Assembly: GCA_934176955.1 (NCBI GenBank)
Contig: CAKPOS010000002.1
Coordinates: 75,218 to 139,217, forward strand
Reading direction: 5' to 3'
DNA: 64,000 nucleotides
From: an uncultured Bacilli bacterium
GTDB lineage: Bacteria; Bacillota_I; Bacilli_A; RF39; UBA660
In this document: piece after piece, positions 19,256-28,140 of the stretch
Layout of the letters: each line of letters opens with the position of its first letter
How positions within the stretch are numbered: the stretch's first letter is position 1
Made by a program: the position numbers and the translations under genes
Notes under the pieces: model-generated
The model's database searches: none
Told to the model about the DNA's origin: nothing
Seen by the model: only the letters and a program-made list of their open reading frames with translations

Positions 19256-21868
19256 CTAACTATTTAAATTTGTATAGCCATTTAATTGTCTTAAGATAGC
19301 TAAACAATCATCTTTATCTACTTTTCCATCTTTATTAGCGTCGGCAGCTTTTCTATAAACTCCATTATAAGTTGTATAACCATTGATTTGTCTTAAGATA
19401 GCTAGACAATCATCTTTATCTATTTTTCCATCACCATTAATATCTCCATAAATTAAAACTTGATATTCTTTTGTTTCTTTAGAATTATTAATAGTAATGA
19501 TATCCCCTGTTTTAAATGTTCCTGATTTAGGGTTTCCATTTTTATCTTTGATACTGACACTAACTACTTGATTTACTTGTTTAATATTATTAATTAGGCT
19601 ATCAACATTAGTATTTGGATTGATGCCAAAGATATAGTTGTCGTTATATTTTACGCCACTTTTATTTATAATATTTGGAATACTAATGATATTATTATTT
19701 TCTTGATTATTATTTCCATTATTATTATTTCCATTATTATTGTTTTCATTATTTCCTGGAGTTTGATTATTATTTGTGGTTCTTTTTACTTTAATTTGAT
19801 AAGTTCTTGTTCTTGTGTTTTCTGCTGTTACAATAACATTAATGGTTTGGTCATCTGAAGTAATTTTTACTTCTCCTGTTCCATCAGCAGTTGACTTATC
19901 TGATATTCTAGTGGCATTGATATTTATAGAATTAGTACCTGCTGGTAAGGTGATTTCATAATTATATTTATCATAATTAAAGCCACTTATAGTTAGGTTA
20001 TTTACTTTTAAATCTTTTAGATAGTTATTTGGATTTCCTAATCTTGGAGAAGTAACAGCGGTTTCGCTCATATTATTATATACTGGAATAGTGAAAGTAA
20101 TTTCTTTTGAGATATAGTTTCCTAAATTAAGATAAGAATTATAAGTAGTGTTAGTTTCTTGAATAGAAGCTGCTAAATTTTGCATATATTGGTGGGTATA
20201 ATTAATATTTGGTCTAGATACATCAAATTTTTCATAATACATGGTATCTTGATTGTTTTTTACATAATTGCTATAAATAAAATTACTTCCTCCATAGATT
20301 CCATTGTATGGGGTATTCCATCCATGATTTAGAGCGTAGATCATTCCATTTAAAATTTTATTCGTTCCATAAACATTGATATTAAAGAAATTGTAATAAT
20401 TAGAATAGTTTGTTCCATTATAATTAAAATTTCCTCCTAATCTTGGATCAGTTGTGGAAACGCCAGAAATTTCTTGTCTGATTCTACTTGCTATATGAAC
20501 AGAGCTAATGCCTATTTCTTTTGTTGCTTTTACGATATCATCTTGGACATTTCCTTGGTATTTGCTATAGATAGATGGCCAAAAGCTTTGATTAGATAAG
20601 ATTTTGGAAACGGTACTAGCGTCATGATAACTGCTATAATTTAGGGTTTCAAAGGCAAAGATATATTTTTCATTTAAATAATTTCTTGGATCAAGATAGA
20701 AAGCTATGGCTTCACTTGATGCGTTGTACCAGCCTTTTTCTGTTGCATAATCTCTAAATGAATTGGATAAGATATCATAAGTATTTAAGTCCATTGAACG
20801 ATAATTTTCATTGAATGCTGATCCTTGTAATAAGCTTCTTCCATTATAAGATTCGTTATTTACGATATCTTCAAAGTTTAAATTGATTTTTTCCGCATCA
20901 AAATTCCAATTTGGGTGTCTTGCGTGAATTTCTGCTAAATATGGTAAATAGCTGTCAGGAAATCCTTTGTTTTTTAGGGTTGTATAATACTTTTCAAGAC
21001 TTTCCTTGGTGGAATAATAATTTTTTGCGGTAGAAGATAAATTGGTCGTGTTGATAAAGTATCCACAAGCCCAACCAGTTTCATTTTTTTCCGTGGTTAC
21101 ATTGTAGTAATAACCACATTTTCCACTACTTTCTTTAATATTATTGATTTTAACATTTTGTCCACAGGATAACTTTCCTGTTGTCGTTCCACTTCCGGCT
21201 TCTGATTTTAGGGAAACATCTCCTGTATCTTCATAGCAAGCAGCAACTCCATCGTTGTATCTTTTGTCATAGTTTGACTTTTGATAAATATTATCTCCTG
21301 TTGTTGATTTTCCGACATTAACATTAGAAGAAGCATTGTTATTTGAACTTGTACTGCCAACATATTTGCCACAGGCATAGCCAGTTGTTCCACCTGATTC
21401 TACTTTATACCAGTTAGAACATTTGGAATTATTGGCAACATTTTTTTCAATAATATTCATTTCTGTTCCACAGGATAATGATTTTAATTTTTTTGTTTTT
21501 TCGATATCTGACCAAATATTTAATGGAGAATTATCTTCGATACAAAGTGTTTTTCCTTTTTCATAAGTACTGTTATCTATTTTTACATATTTACCACAAG
21601 CATAACCTGTTTTTCCGTTGTATTCTACTTTATGCCAATTATCACAACTTACTGTTTTTCCTGCATTTTGCTCTAGGATATTTATTTTACTTCCACAAGA
21701 AGCTTTTGTTGAAACCGTTCCTCCAGGAGTGTTTCTAATTGTTAATGGGGTATTATCATCTGGACAGTATACACTTCCTGTTAGGGCATATACATGAGGA
21801 GTAAAGCTACATACGATTCCAAGCGCAATACATTTTAAAATTAGATTTTTTCTTGAATTTTTTTGCAT
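19256..21868 (-). CDS. multidomain cell-wall hydrolase: 3 Cys-containing SH3b-like repeats, GH73-like glucosaminidase region, cadherin-like domain, poly-Asn linker, type-I dockerin
   Basis: 870 aa. Three repeats of C..D..PL.I....SCG..(I/V)N.......C..W(Y)..V....TG(Y/W)ACG. KEIGISSVHIASRIRQEISG (GH73-like). LKDLKVNNLTISGFNYDKYNYEITL. C-terminal GDINGDGKIDKDD...DANKDGKVDKDD. Confidence 0.75.
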   Translation of the reverse strand: MQKNSRKNLILKCIALGIVCSFTPHVYALTGSVYCPDDNTPLTIRNTPGGTVSTKASCGSKINILEQNAGKTVSCDNWHKVEYNGKTGYACGKYVKIDNSTYEKGKTLCIEDNSPLNIWSDIEKTKKLKSLSCGTEMNIIEKNVANNSKCSNWYKVESGGTTGYACGKYVGSTSSNNNASSNVNVGKSTTGDNIYQKSNYDKRYNDGVAACYEDTGDVSLKSEAGSGTTTGKLSCGQNVKINNIKESSGKCGYYYNVTTEKNETGWACGYFINTTNLSSTAKNYYSTKESLEKYYTTLKNKGFPDSYLPYLAEIHARHPNWNFDAEKINLNFEDIVNNESYNGRSLLQGSAFNENYRSMDLNTYDILSNSFRDYATEKGWYNASSEAIAFYLDPRNYLNEKYIFAFETLNYSSYHDASTVSKILSNQSFWPSIYSKYQGNVQDDIVKATKEIGISSVHIASRIRQEISGVSTTDPRLGGNFNYNGTNYSNYYNFFNINVYGTNKILNGMIYALNHGWNTPYNGIYGGSNFIYSNYVKNNQDTMYYEKFDVSRPNINYTHQYMQNLAASIQETNTTYNSYLNLGNYISKEITFTIPVYNNMSETAVTSPRLGNPNNYLKDLKVNNLTISGFNYDKYNYEITLPAGTNSININATRISDKSTADGTGEVKITSDDQTINVIVTAENTRTRTYQIKVKRTTNNNQTPGNNENNNNGNNNNGNNNQENNNIISIPNIINKSGVKYNDNYIFGINPNTNVDSLINNIKQVNQVVSVSIKDKNGNPKSGTFKTGDIITINNSKETKEYQVLIYGDINGDGKIDKDDCLAILRQINGYTTYNGVYRKAADANKDGKVDKDDCLAILRQLNGYTNLNS

Positions 21869-21897
21869 ATTTTATACTCCTTTCCATTCTTACCCCC

Positions 21898-21906
21898 ATT
21901 ATAGCA
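21898..21906 (-). promoter_or_regulatory. extended -10 promoter element TGCTATAAT upstream of the autolysin gene
   Basis: Minus strand reads TGCTATAAT, about 30 nt upstream of ATG 21868. A weak TAGCAA lies 17 nt upstream. Confidence 0.45.
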
Positions 21907-22059
21907 AATATCGACAATTTTTGCTACTAAAAGATTGTTATTTACAAAAAATACTGATAAAAAATTAGCAAAAAAAGATAGATTAATCTAGGGATGATTT
22001 TTCTATCTTTTAGTTTTTTATTTCGTTTGTACACTGTTTGGAATTTATAATATAATATT

Positions 22060-22923
22060 TTAAAATCTATCTTTAATCCAATTAAGAATTAAATTCCCAA
22101 TTTCTTTTTCTTTATTTTGATATGTATGCGTAGTATTTTCTATAATTTTATATTCAAAATCAGGACATTTTGTGGCTTTTTCTTTTAATAAATCTAAATG
22201 TAGATAATAATCATCTTCATCTGATCCTGAGAAAGTAAAAATAGGGATATCAATTGTCTCAAATTGTTCCCAATGTTCAGGATTAGAAAGGATGGGCAAA
22301 TTGTTTAAATTAGATTTTTCATTATACCAGTTATAATAAGTTTGTGAACTCATATACATATAATTCTCTATCATTTTATGAAGTAATTTTGTTGGGTGAT
22401 TCTTTATGATATTTTCTTTTGCTTCTTTAAGTAATTGTTTATAATCAGCAGATTGTACAGATAAATGAGCACCAATCATATCGGGGGCACTTGCAAGAAT
22501 TATTCCTAAAATATTTGGATGCTTTTTGTAATAATAGTAAATAACTTTATTGCATCCATAACTATGTCCTAATAGAATAATTCTTTTATAACCAAATTCT
22601 TTTACTTTTTCTATAGCTAAATCAATATCATAAATACTTTCCTCAAATATTTCATACATACATCCACATCTTTTAAATGAACCATCTTTCATCGCTATAT
22701 CATTTTCAATAGAATGCCCCCTATTATGCTCGTAAACAAAACCTATACCATTTTTTGATAAAATTTTTCCCCATACAGTGGCAAAATAATTATCTATAAT
22801 TGTCTCACACATTCCATGGATGAAAATAACACATATATCCTTTTTGTTACTTTCAAAATGAATTATAGGTAGTCTTAGTCCATCTTTGGTATAGGCATCA
22901 TTAATAAAATTTATATTATTCAT
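22060..22923 (-). CDS. alpha/beta hydrolase
   Basis: 287 aa with the nucleophile elbow GHSYG. Confidence 0.75.
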   Translation of the reverse strand: MNNINFINDAYTKDGLRLPIIHFESNKKDICVIFIHGMCETIIDNYFATVWGKILSKNGIGFVYEHNRGHSIENDIAMKDGSFKRCGCMYEIFEESIYDIDLAIEKVKEFGYKRIILLGHSYGCNKVIYYYYKKHPNILGIILASAPDMIGAHLSVQSADYKQLLKEAKENIIKNHPTKLLHKMIENYMYMSSQTYYNWYNEKSNLNNLPILSNPEHWEQFETIDIPIFTFSGSDEDDYYLHLDLLKEKATKCPDFEYKIIENTTHTYQNKEKEIGNLILNWIKDRF

Positions 22924-22978
22924 AAATTTCTCCTTATCTAATTTGTATTTTACACAATTTATTAAATTGATTGTGTTA

Positions 22979-25267
22979 CTAGTTTATATCTAAAGATTTT
23001 TTATTTGAGTTAAATTTGCTTTTTTCTTTTATTTTTTCTCTTGCTTTTTTGATAATTTTTTCTACTTCATTATAATCTTCATAAAAAAGTTCTATCCTAA
23101 AGTTTTTTACTCCATAAGAAATATAGTTAGAGAGATTTTCTAGTTTATCTATTACTTTACTTTGCAAAATATGAGTAATACAGTTTTCTCTTATCATAGG
23201 GTAACGATTTTTTTCTTTATCTTCTAAGTAGAATTTATCTTTGCTATTTTTACAATTTTTGCAGTAATTTAGACATTTTTTTAAAGGGCAATATTTCATG
23301 ACCATGAGTTCTAATCTGCCATAGATAATTAATTCGGCTGGATAATTTGTTTTCATAATATTTTTTATTTGATTATCCGTTAGTTCAACAGATAGTGTTA
23401 CTTTTTTAACATTATTTTTGGTTAATAATTCGATTGAGTTATGATTGGTTATATTTAGAGTATAGTCACTAATTAAATGATTATTCTTTTGATAATGATT
23501 TAGACTGCCAATTTCCGTGATAAGTAGATTCTCATTTTCTAAATTGGGATGAGTATTTATTATTCTTGGTAAGCGATAATAAATGTTGTTGTAATCTTTA
23601 TAAGTATTGTATAGGTTATAGTCCGTGGTATAGATTGTGTCTATTTGATTTTCTAGGGCACATTTTAACTGGGTTTCATTTCTGGTTAAAATACTGATAT
23701 TTATTTTATCTTGGAATGGATATTTATCTTGGGTTGTGGATTGTTTCTTAGTATAAGAAGGAGAAGAAATTTGATGAGGATGAATTCTTTTACTTGTTAA
23801 TTCTTGGACTGCTTTTCGTCTTAATTCATTGATTGATTTAATATTGATAAAAAGATTGGTATCTATATTTACTTCTATGAATGATGCTTTATAAGGGGTA
23901 TTACCTAGTTTGTTTAATTGATGTTCTACTTCTTCTTGGGTGGTACTTCTATTTATTGCTAGTTCTGGAATATTTCCTAATACTTCTACTTTATTTTGAT
24001 TATCTTTGATTGTAATAGACATTTGTTTATTTTTTCTTGCTTCAAAATAGATATCTACGGGTATTTTTTTCTCCATTACTTGTTCTAGAGATTTGGTTAA
24101 TTTAAAGTCTGTTGTTTTTAAGATTATATCTTCTCCATGAATATGTTTGGTATTCTCTACATAGGCAATATGAGGAGATGAGATACTGTTTTTTAAAAGA
24201 CTTTTATCATCATAAAGACGATTAATGATCATTCCTGTGTTATTATTTTGAAATCTTATTCCATCTCCTTGATTTAGGAAATCATTGGTAACTTTAATTT
24301 TTATTTTATCTTTAGTAGTAGAAAGAACTTTACCTACTGGAATTCCTTGATGATTAGGGGTTTTGATATTCATAATATCTGACTCATGAAAAAGATATCC
24401 TTTGGTAAATTCACGATTATATAGTTTTTTTAAGTTGATTTGTTCTTCCTTAGTTAAAGTTAATGGTTCATTATTGTAATATTTATCAATTAGGGTTCGA
24501 TATAATCTAGTGACATAACCAACATAAGATGGAGATTTCATTCTTCCTTCTATTTTTAAACTGTCAATATTAGCGTCTAATAGTTCTTTTAAGTTAGGGA
24601 GTGTATTTAGTTCTTTGGTACTTAAAAGGTACTGACCATCTGTTTTTACGACTTCATTATTCTTTATTAATTGGTAAGGCAAACGGCAACTGCCAACACA
24701 TTCTCCTCGATTACCACTTCTCCCTCCATTTAGGCTACTGAAAAGACAGCAGCCAGAATAACATACACATAAGGCACCATAAACAAATACTTCTTTTTCG
24801 ATAGGAATATCAATTTTCTGGATTTCTTCTAAGGACATCTCTCTTGCTAAAACGACTCTTTTTAATCCTAATTTTTGAAAGAAAGAAACTGCTTCTTTGT
24901 TATTGGTATGACATTGGGTAGAGGCATGGAGTTCTAGATTAGGATAATATTCTCTTACTTTTTTGATTAAACCGATATCTTGGATAATAAGGGCATCTAC
25001 TTGGTTTTGATATAAAAAACCAATATATTCTAAAATAGAATCTAATTCTTCTTCATAGGTTAAGGTATTTACGGTTACATAGACTTTTACTCCATAAGTA
25101 TGCGCATAATTGATGGCATTCATTAATTCTTCATTGGTAAAGTTACTTGCAAATTTTCTAGCTCCATAATTTTTTCCTGATAAATATACGGCATCTGCTC
25201 CATTATGGATGGCATAATATAACATCTCTTTATTTCCTACTGGACTTAATAATTCAACTTTTTTCAT
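22979..25267 (-). CDS. U32 family peptidase-like protein (long form with DUF3656-like middle and Cys-rich C-terminal part)
   Basis: 762 aa. N-terminus MKKVELLSPVGN...GADAVYLSG is typical of U32. The C-terminal part contains KYCPLKKCLNYCKNCKN. Confidence 0.85.
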   Translation of the reverse strand: MKKVELLSPVGNKEMLYYAIHNGADAVYLSGKNYGARKFASNFTNEELMNAINYAHTYGVKVYVTVNTLTYEEELDSILEYIGFLYQNQVDALIIQDIGLIKKVREYYPNLELHASTQCHTNNKEAVSFFQKLGLKRVVLAREMSLEEIQKIDIPIEKEVFVYGALCVCYSGCCLFSSLNGGRSGNRGECVGSCRLPYQLIKNNEVVKTDGQYLLSTKELNTLPNLKELLDANIDSLKIEGRMKSPSYVGYVTRLYRTLIDKYYNNEPLTLTKEEQINLKKLYNREFTKGYLFHESDIMNIKTPNHQGIPVGKVLSTTKDKIKIKVTNDFLNQGDGIRFQNNNTGMIINRLYDDKSLLKNSISSPHIAYVENTKHIHGEDIILKTTDFKLTKSLEQVMEKKIPVDIYFEARKNKQMSITIKDNQNKVEVLGNIPELAINRSTTQEEVEHQLNKLGNTPYKASFIEVNIDTNLFINIKSINELRRKAVQELTSKRIHPHQISSPSYTKKQSTTQDKYPFQDKINISILTRNETQLKCALENQIDTIYTTDYNLYNTYKDYNNIYYRLPRIINTHPNLENENLLITEIGSLNHYQKNNHLISDYTLNITNHNSIELLTKNNVKKVTLSVELTDNQIKNIMKTNYPAELIIYGRLELMVMKYCPLKKCLNYCKNCKNSKDKFYLEDKEKNRYPMIRENCITHILQSKVIDKLENLSNYISYGVKNFRIELFYEDYNEVEKIIKKAREKIKEKSKFNSNKKSLDIN

Positions 25268-25287
25268 GATATCACTTCCAAACTACT

Positions 25288-25355
25288 AATATCATAACAC
25301 ATATTTAATAAAAATACTGATAAAGATTAAATGTCTATATCAGTATTTTACTTGT
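25288..25355. repeat. 68-nt direct repeat, copy A (terminator hairpin + extended -10 promoter)
   Basis: AATATCATAACACATATTTAATAAAAATACTGATAAAGATTAAATGTCTATATCAGTATTTTACTTGT. It matches 28073-28140 with one mismatch by manual alignment. Confidence 0.85.
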
Positions 25356-25361
25356 ATATTT

Positions 25362-27332
25362 TTATAAATCACCATTATAAAAATATATTTTCATGGCTTC
25401 TTCTGAATATTTTGGTTTAGATACATCGATATCCATTCTTTTTCCAAAATAATATATAATTAATTGAGACGCTATTAATAAATCAAACTCAGCAAGAATT
25501 CCATTATAAGGACTTTCTATAATTAAGTTATTATCTTTTAAATATTGTAATAGTGCAAATTCATACTTGCTTGTAGTTTTTTCTTTAAAGTAAACAGAAA
25601 AATTATTGTTTAAATTTTCATAGTTTATAAATCTACCATGAGAAAAGTTTTTCTTTTCATGAATTATGCAATTAAAAATACCTGATTCTATTATTTTACT
25701 TTCTAAGTCATAGCAAGCAGTATCCCCATAATCTCCACGAAATAAATTGATTATTTTTTTATTGGTTATTTTTTCTACTAGATCTTTACTTATCATTTTA
25801 TCTAATATTTTATTCCAATAATCCATCGATTTTTTTAGAAAATTATCAACATCAAATTTGGTATCAACTTTACTGTAATAGTATTTTAAGAACATTGCCG
25901 CGGGTGCTACTGCTCCTTCGAAAGATAAAAAACCTCTTTCTTTTCCTTTATTTGATGATGTTCTATAACTTAAAATGTTTTTCTTAGAAATTTTTGTTTT
26001 TTGTACAATATTTTGTATTTCTCCTTTTGTAATCATATAAATATTTTCTTTAGAAAAATCTTTAATACTATTTATAATGTCATTTGTTGTTCCAGAATAG
26101 GAAAATAGTATAACTTTATTTATATTAGTATTATTTCTGTATAAAACGTCTCTTGGATATAATGAATAAGTATTGCAACCAAATAATAAATTTATTACTT
26201 TAGCGGAAAAATATGTTCCTGCAAAGGAACCACCTGTTCCAATAAATAAACAATTATCACTTGCTGAAAAATTTAATTCTTTTATTTTTATGATGGCTTG
26301 AGAATGAATAGCATTGATTACTCTTTTTTCTAAATTATTGATATTGATATTACATCTTTTTATTTTTTTTCTTTCATTATAAGTAAATTTATCACATGAA
26401 CAATAATCTTTCATCTTTTTGATTTTGAATAATGAATTTAAATGTCCTCTTGCTCCCATTTTTGAAACTACCTTTGCGGTTAACTTATTAGAATTTTTAT
26501 ACCATTTTTCAAATAAATTTTCATGATATTTAAAATCACTCTTTATCCATTCTTTAATTATACTAGAAATAAAAGCATCTCCAGCACCAGTTGAATCTAT
26601 GACATCATTTTTATCTAATAATTTAAAATGATGTGCTTTACCTTGGAATATAAATGTTGCACCGTTTTCTCCTTTTGTAATTGTCATTAATTTTGGGCTT
26701 AAAATATGATATAATTCTAATTCACTATTACAGTTTAACTTGGTTATTAAATAATTAGAAACTCTTTCATTAAAATTTATTATTTCAAATTTATTGTTTA
26801 TTTTATCAATTATTCTGTTTTTATCTGACCCTTCAAATTCAAAATATTGCCCCAAATCAATTATTTTTTTATTGTTTGTTTTATCAATTATTTCCTGATT
26901 ACATGGATTTAAATTATCAAATACTAAAATATCATCTTCTTTTATGTTGCTTAATACATCATTACAATCAATTAAACTGTTATCATACCATTTTTTCTTT
27001 TTACAAAAGGGACATCTTTTTTTTGAAGTAAAGGATAATTGATTTCCTTCTTCAAAATAAGAGACATGGAAACATCTTGTTCTAATGCCATTTATCTTTT
27101 TTATATTACTTATATCAACTTTTAATATTTCTAAACTTTTGGTTGCAAATTCTCCTTGTAAATCATTTCCGCAGACTCCAAAGACAGATGTTTCAAAACC
27201 AAATTTTGCTAAATTTGCAATTATATTATGACAAGTCATGCCCCCATTTATTCCTAATAATTTTTCATTTTTATAATAGTAATCTATTACTAAATCTCCA
27301 ATACTTACTACTCTCATTTCAATATTTTTCAT
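25362..27332 (-). CDS. PfkB-family kinase fused to a SIS (phosphosugar-binding) domain
   Basis: 656 aa. The N-terminal half has RVVSIGDLVIDYY and DSTGAGDAF (PfkB signature). The C-terminal half has LFIGTGGSFAG and VILFSYSGTTNDII (SIS pattern). Cys clusters RCFH..CPFC and CSC..C are present. Confidence 0.75.
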   Translation of the reverse strand: MKNIEMRVVSIGDLVIDYYYKNEKLLGINGGMTCHNIIANLAKFGFETSVFGVCGNDLQGEFATKSLEILKVDISNIKKINGIRTRCFHVSYFEEGNQLSFTSKKRCPFCKKKKWYDNSLIDCNDVLSNIKEDDILVFDNLNPCNQEIIDKTNNKKIIDLGQYFEFEGSDKNRIIDKINNKFEIINFNERVSNYLITKLNCNSELELYHILSPKLMTITKGENGATFIFQGKAHHFKLLDKNDVIDSTGAGDAFISSIIKEWIKSDFKYHENLFEKWYKNSNKLTAKVVSKMGARGHLNSLFKIKKMKDYCSCDKFTYNERKKIKRCNININNLEKRVINAIHSQAIIKIKELNFSASDNCLFIGTGGSFAGTYFSAKVINLLFGCNTYSLYPRDVLYRNNTNINKVILFSYSGTTNDIINSIKDFSKENIYMITKGEIQNIVQKTKISKKNILSYRTSSNKGKERGFLSFEGAVAPAAMFLKYYYSKVDTKFDVDNFLKKSMDYWNKILDKMISKDLVEKITNKKIINLFRGDYGDTACYDLESKIIESGIFNCIIHEKKNFSHGRFINYENLNNNFSVYFKEKTTSKYEFALLQYLKDNNLIIESPYNGILAEFDLLIASQLIIYYFGKRMDIDVSKPKYSEEAMKIYFYNGDL

Positions 27333-27400
27333 TTATCTAATATCCTTTGTTCAGAATCTAGAATAACTCCATCAAAGTCAATAAATGTGTAATTTTTCAT
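27329..27400 (-). CDS. 23-codon upstream ORF encoding a HAD motif-I-like peptide, overlapping the kinase-SIS start by ATGA
   Basis: My translation is MKNYTFIDFDGVILDSEQRILDK*. A strong AAGGAGG SD lies 9 nt upstream. The stop TGA overlaps ATG 27332. Confidence 0.4.
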   Translation of the reverse strand: MKNYTFIDFDGVILDSEQRILDK

Positions 27401-27423
27401 TATGGACTGCCTCCTTCGATGGT

Positions 27424-27432
27424 ATTATATCA
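27424..27432 (-). promoter_or_regulatory. extended -10 element TGATATAAT upstream of the uORF/kinase-SIS gene
   Basis: Read on the minus strand, 24 nt upstream of ATG 27400, between the WYL gene stop and the uORF. Confidence 0.45.
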
Positions 27433-27458
27433 CGAAAAAGTGAAATATTTTGTCACTA

Positions 27459-28049
27459 TTATTTTATGCTAATGATTCTTTTTATTTCAAAGTGACGAAT
27501 ATCATTTCTTAATTCACAGAATGCTGTTACATATTTTTCTCCATTGTATGAAAACAAATAGATTGGATGAATGATTCTTTTGGATTGACTTCCATCGACA
27601 TCACTATAAATAATTTCTATTTTGTCATTTTTTATGATGGTTTCGTTAATTATTTTTTCTAATTCATTAACATCTTTTAAGTTTATATTAAAGATATATT
27701 TACTTTTTTCATCATATATAGAATAAGTTGTTTTCATTTTTTTAATTAACTCATTATATTTATCAATATATTTAAAATTATTCTTACTTAATATTTTAGT
27801 AATACTTTCTAATAATTGAATATCATACTTATTTACCGTTGTGTAATTTTTTATTTTATCAATCATAAAGTATCCACCATTTGGCCCTTTAAATGATTCT
27901 ATTATTATTCCATTATTACATATTTCATCTTTATAATATCTAATCATTCTTTCAGTTACACCTATTTTTTGAGATAGTTCATGAATAGTATATACATTTC
28001 CTGAATTTAATAAATCAATCATATAGAGCATGTTTGATAATTTTCCCAT
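27459..28049 (-). CDS. HTH-WYL domain transcriptional regulator (short YafY-like, no C-terminal extension)
   Basis: 196 aa. N-terminal HTH (YTIHELSQKIGVTERMIRYYKDEI). C-terminal WYL domain pattern IEIIYSDVDGSQSKRIIHPIYLFSYNGEKYVTAFCELRNDIRHFEIKRI. Confidence 0.8.
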   Translation of the reverse strand: MGKLSNMLYMIDLLNSGNVYTIHELSQKIGVTERMIRYYKDEICNNGIIIESFKGPNGGYFMIDKIKNYTTVNKYDIQLLESITKILSKNNFKYIDKYNELIKKMKTTYSIYDEKSKYIFNINLKDVNELEKIINETIIKNDKIEIIYSDVDGSQSKRIIHPIYLFSYNGEKYVTAFCELRNDIRHFEIKRIISIK

Positions 28050-28072
28050 AATATTCCTTCTTTCAATTTAAA

Positions 28073-28140
28073 AATATCATAACACATATTTAATAAAAAT
28101 ACTGATAAAGATTAAAGGTCTATATCAGTATTTTACTTGT
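28073..28140. repeat. 68-nt direct repeat, copy B
   Basis: Same sequence as 25288-25355 except G for T in the hairpin loop. Its last 8 nt provide the stop and final codons of the gene at 28133-29950. Confidence 0.85.

Noticed and set aside
19680-19760. A repetitive AAT/ATT-rich tract that could be mistaken for a simple-sequence or spacer-repeat array.
   Set aside because: It is in frame within the autolysin and encodes the Asn/Gly-rich linker (NNNGNNNNGNNNQENNN). It has no repeat-spacer periodicity, so it is not CRISPR.
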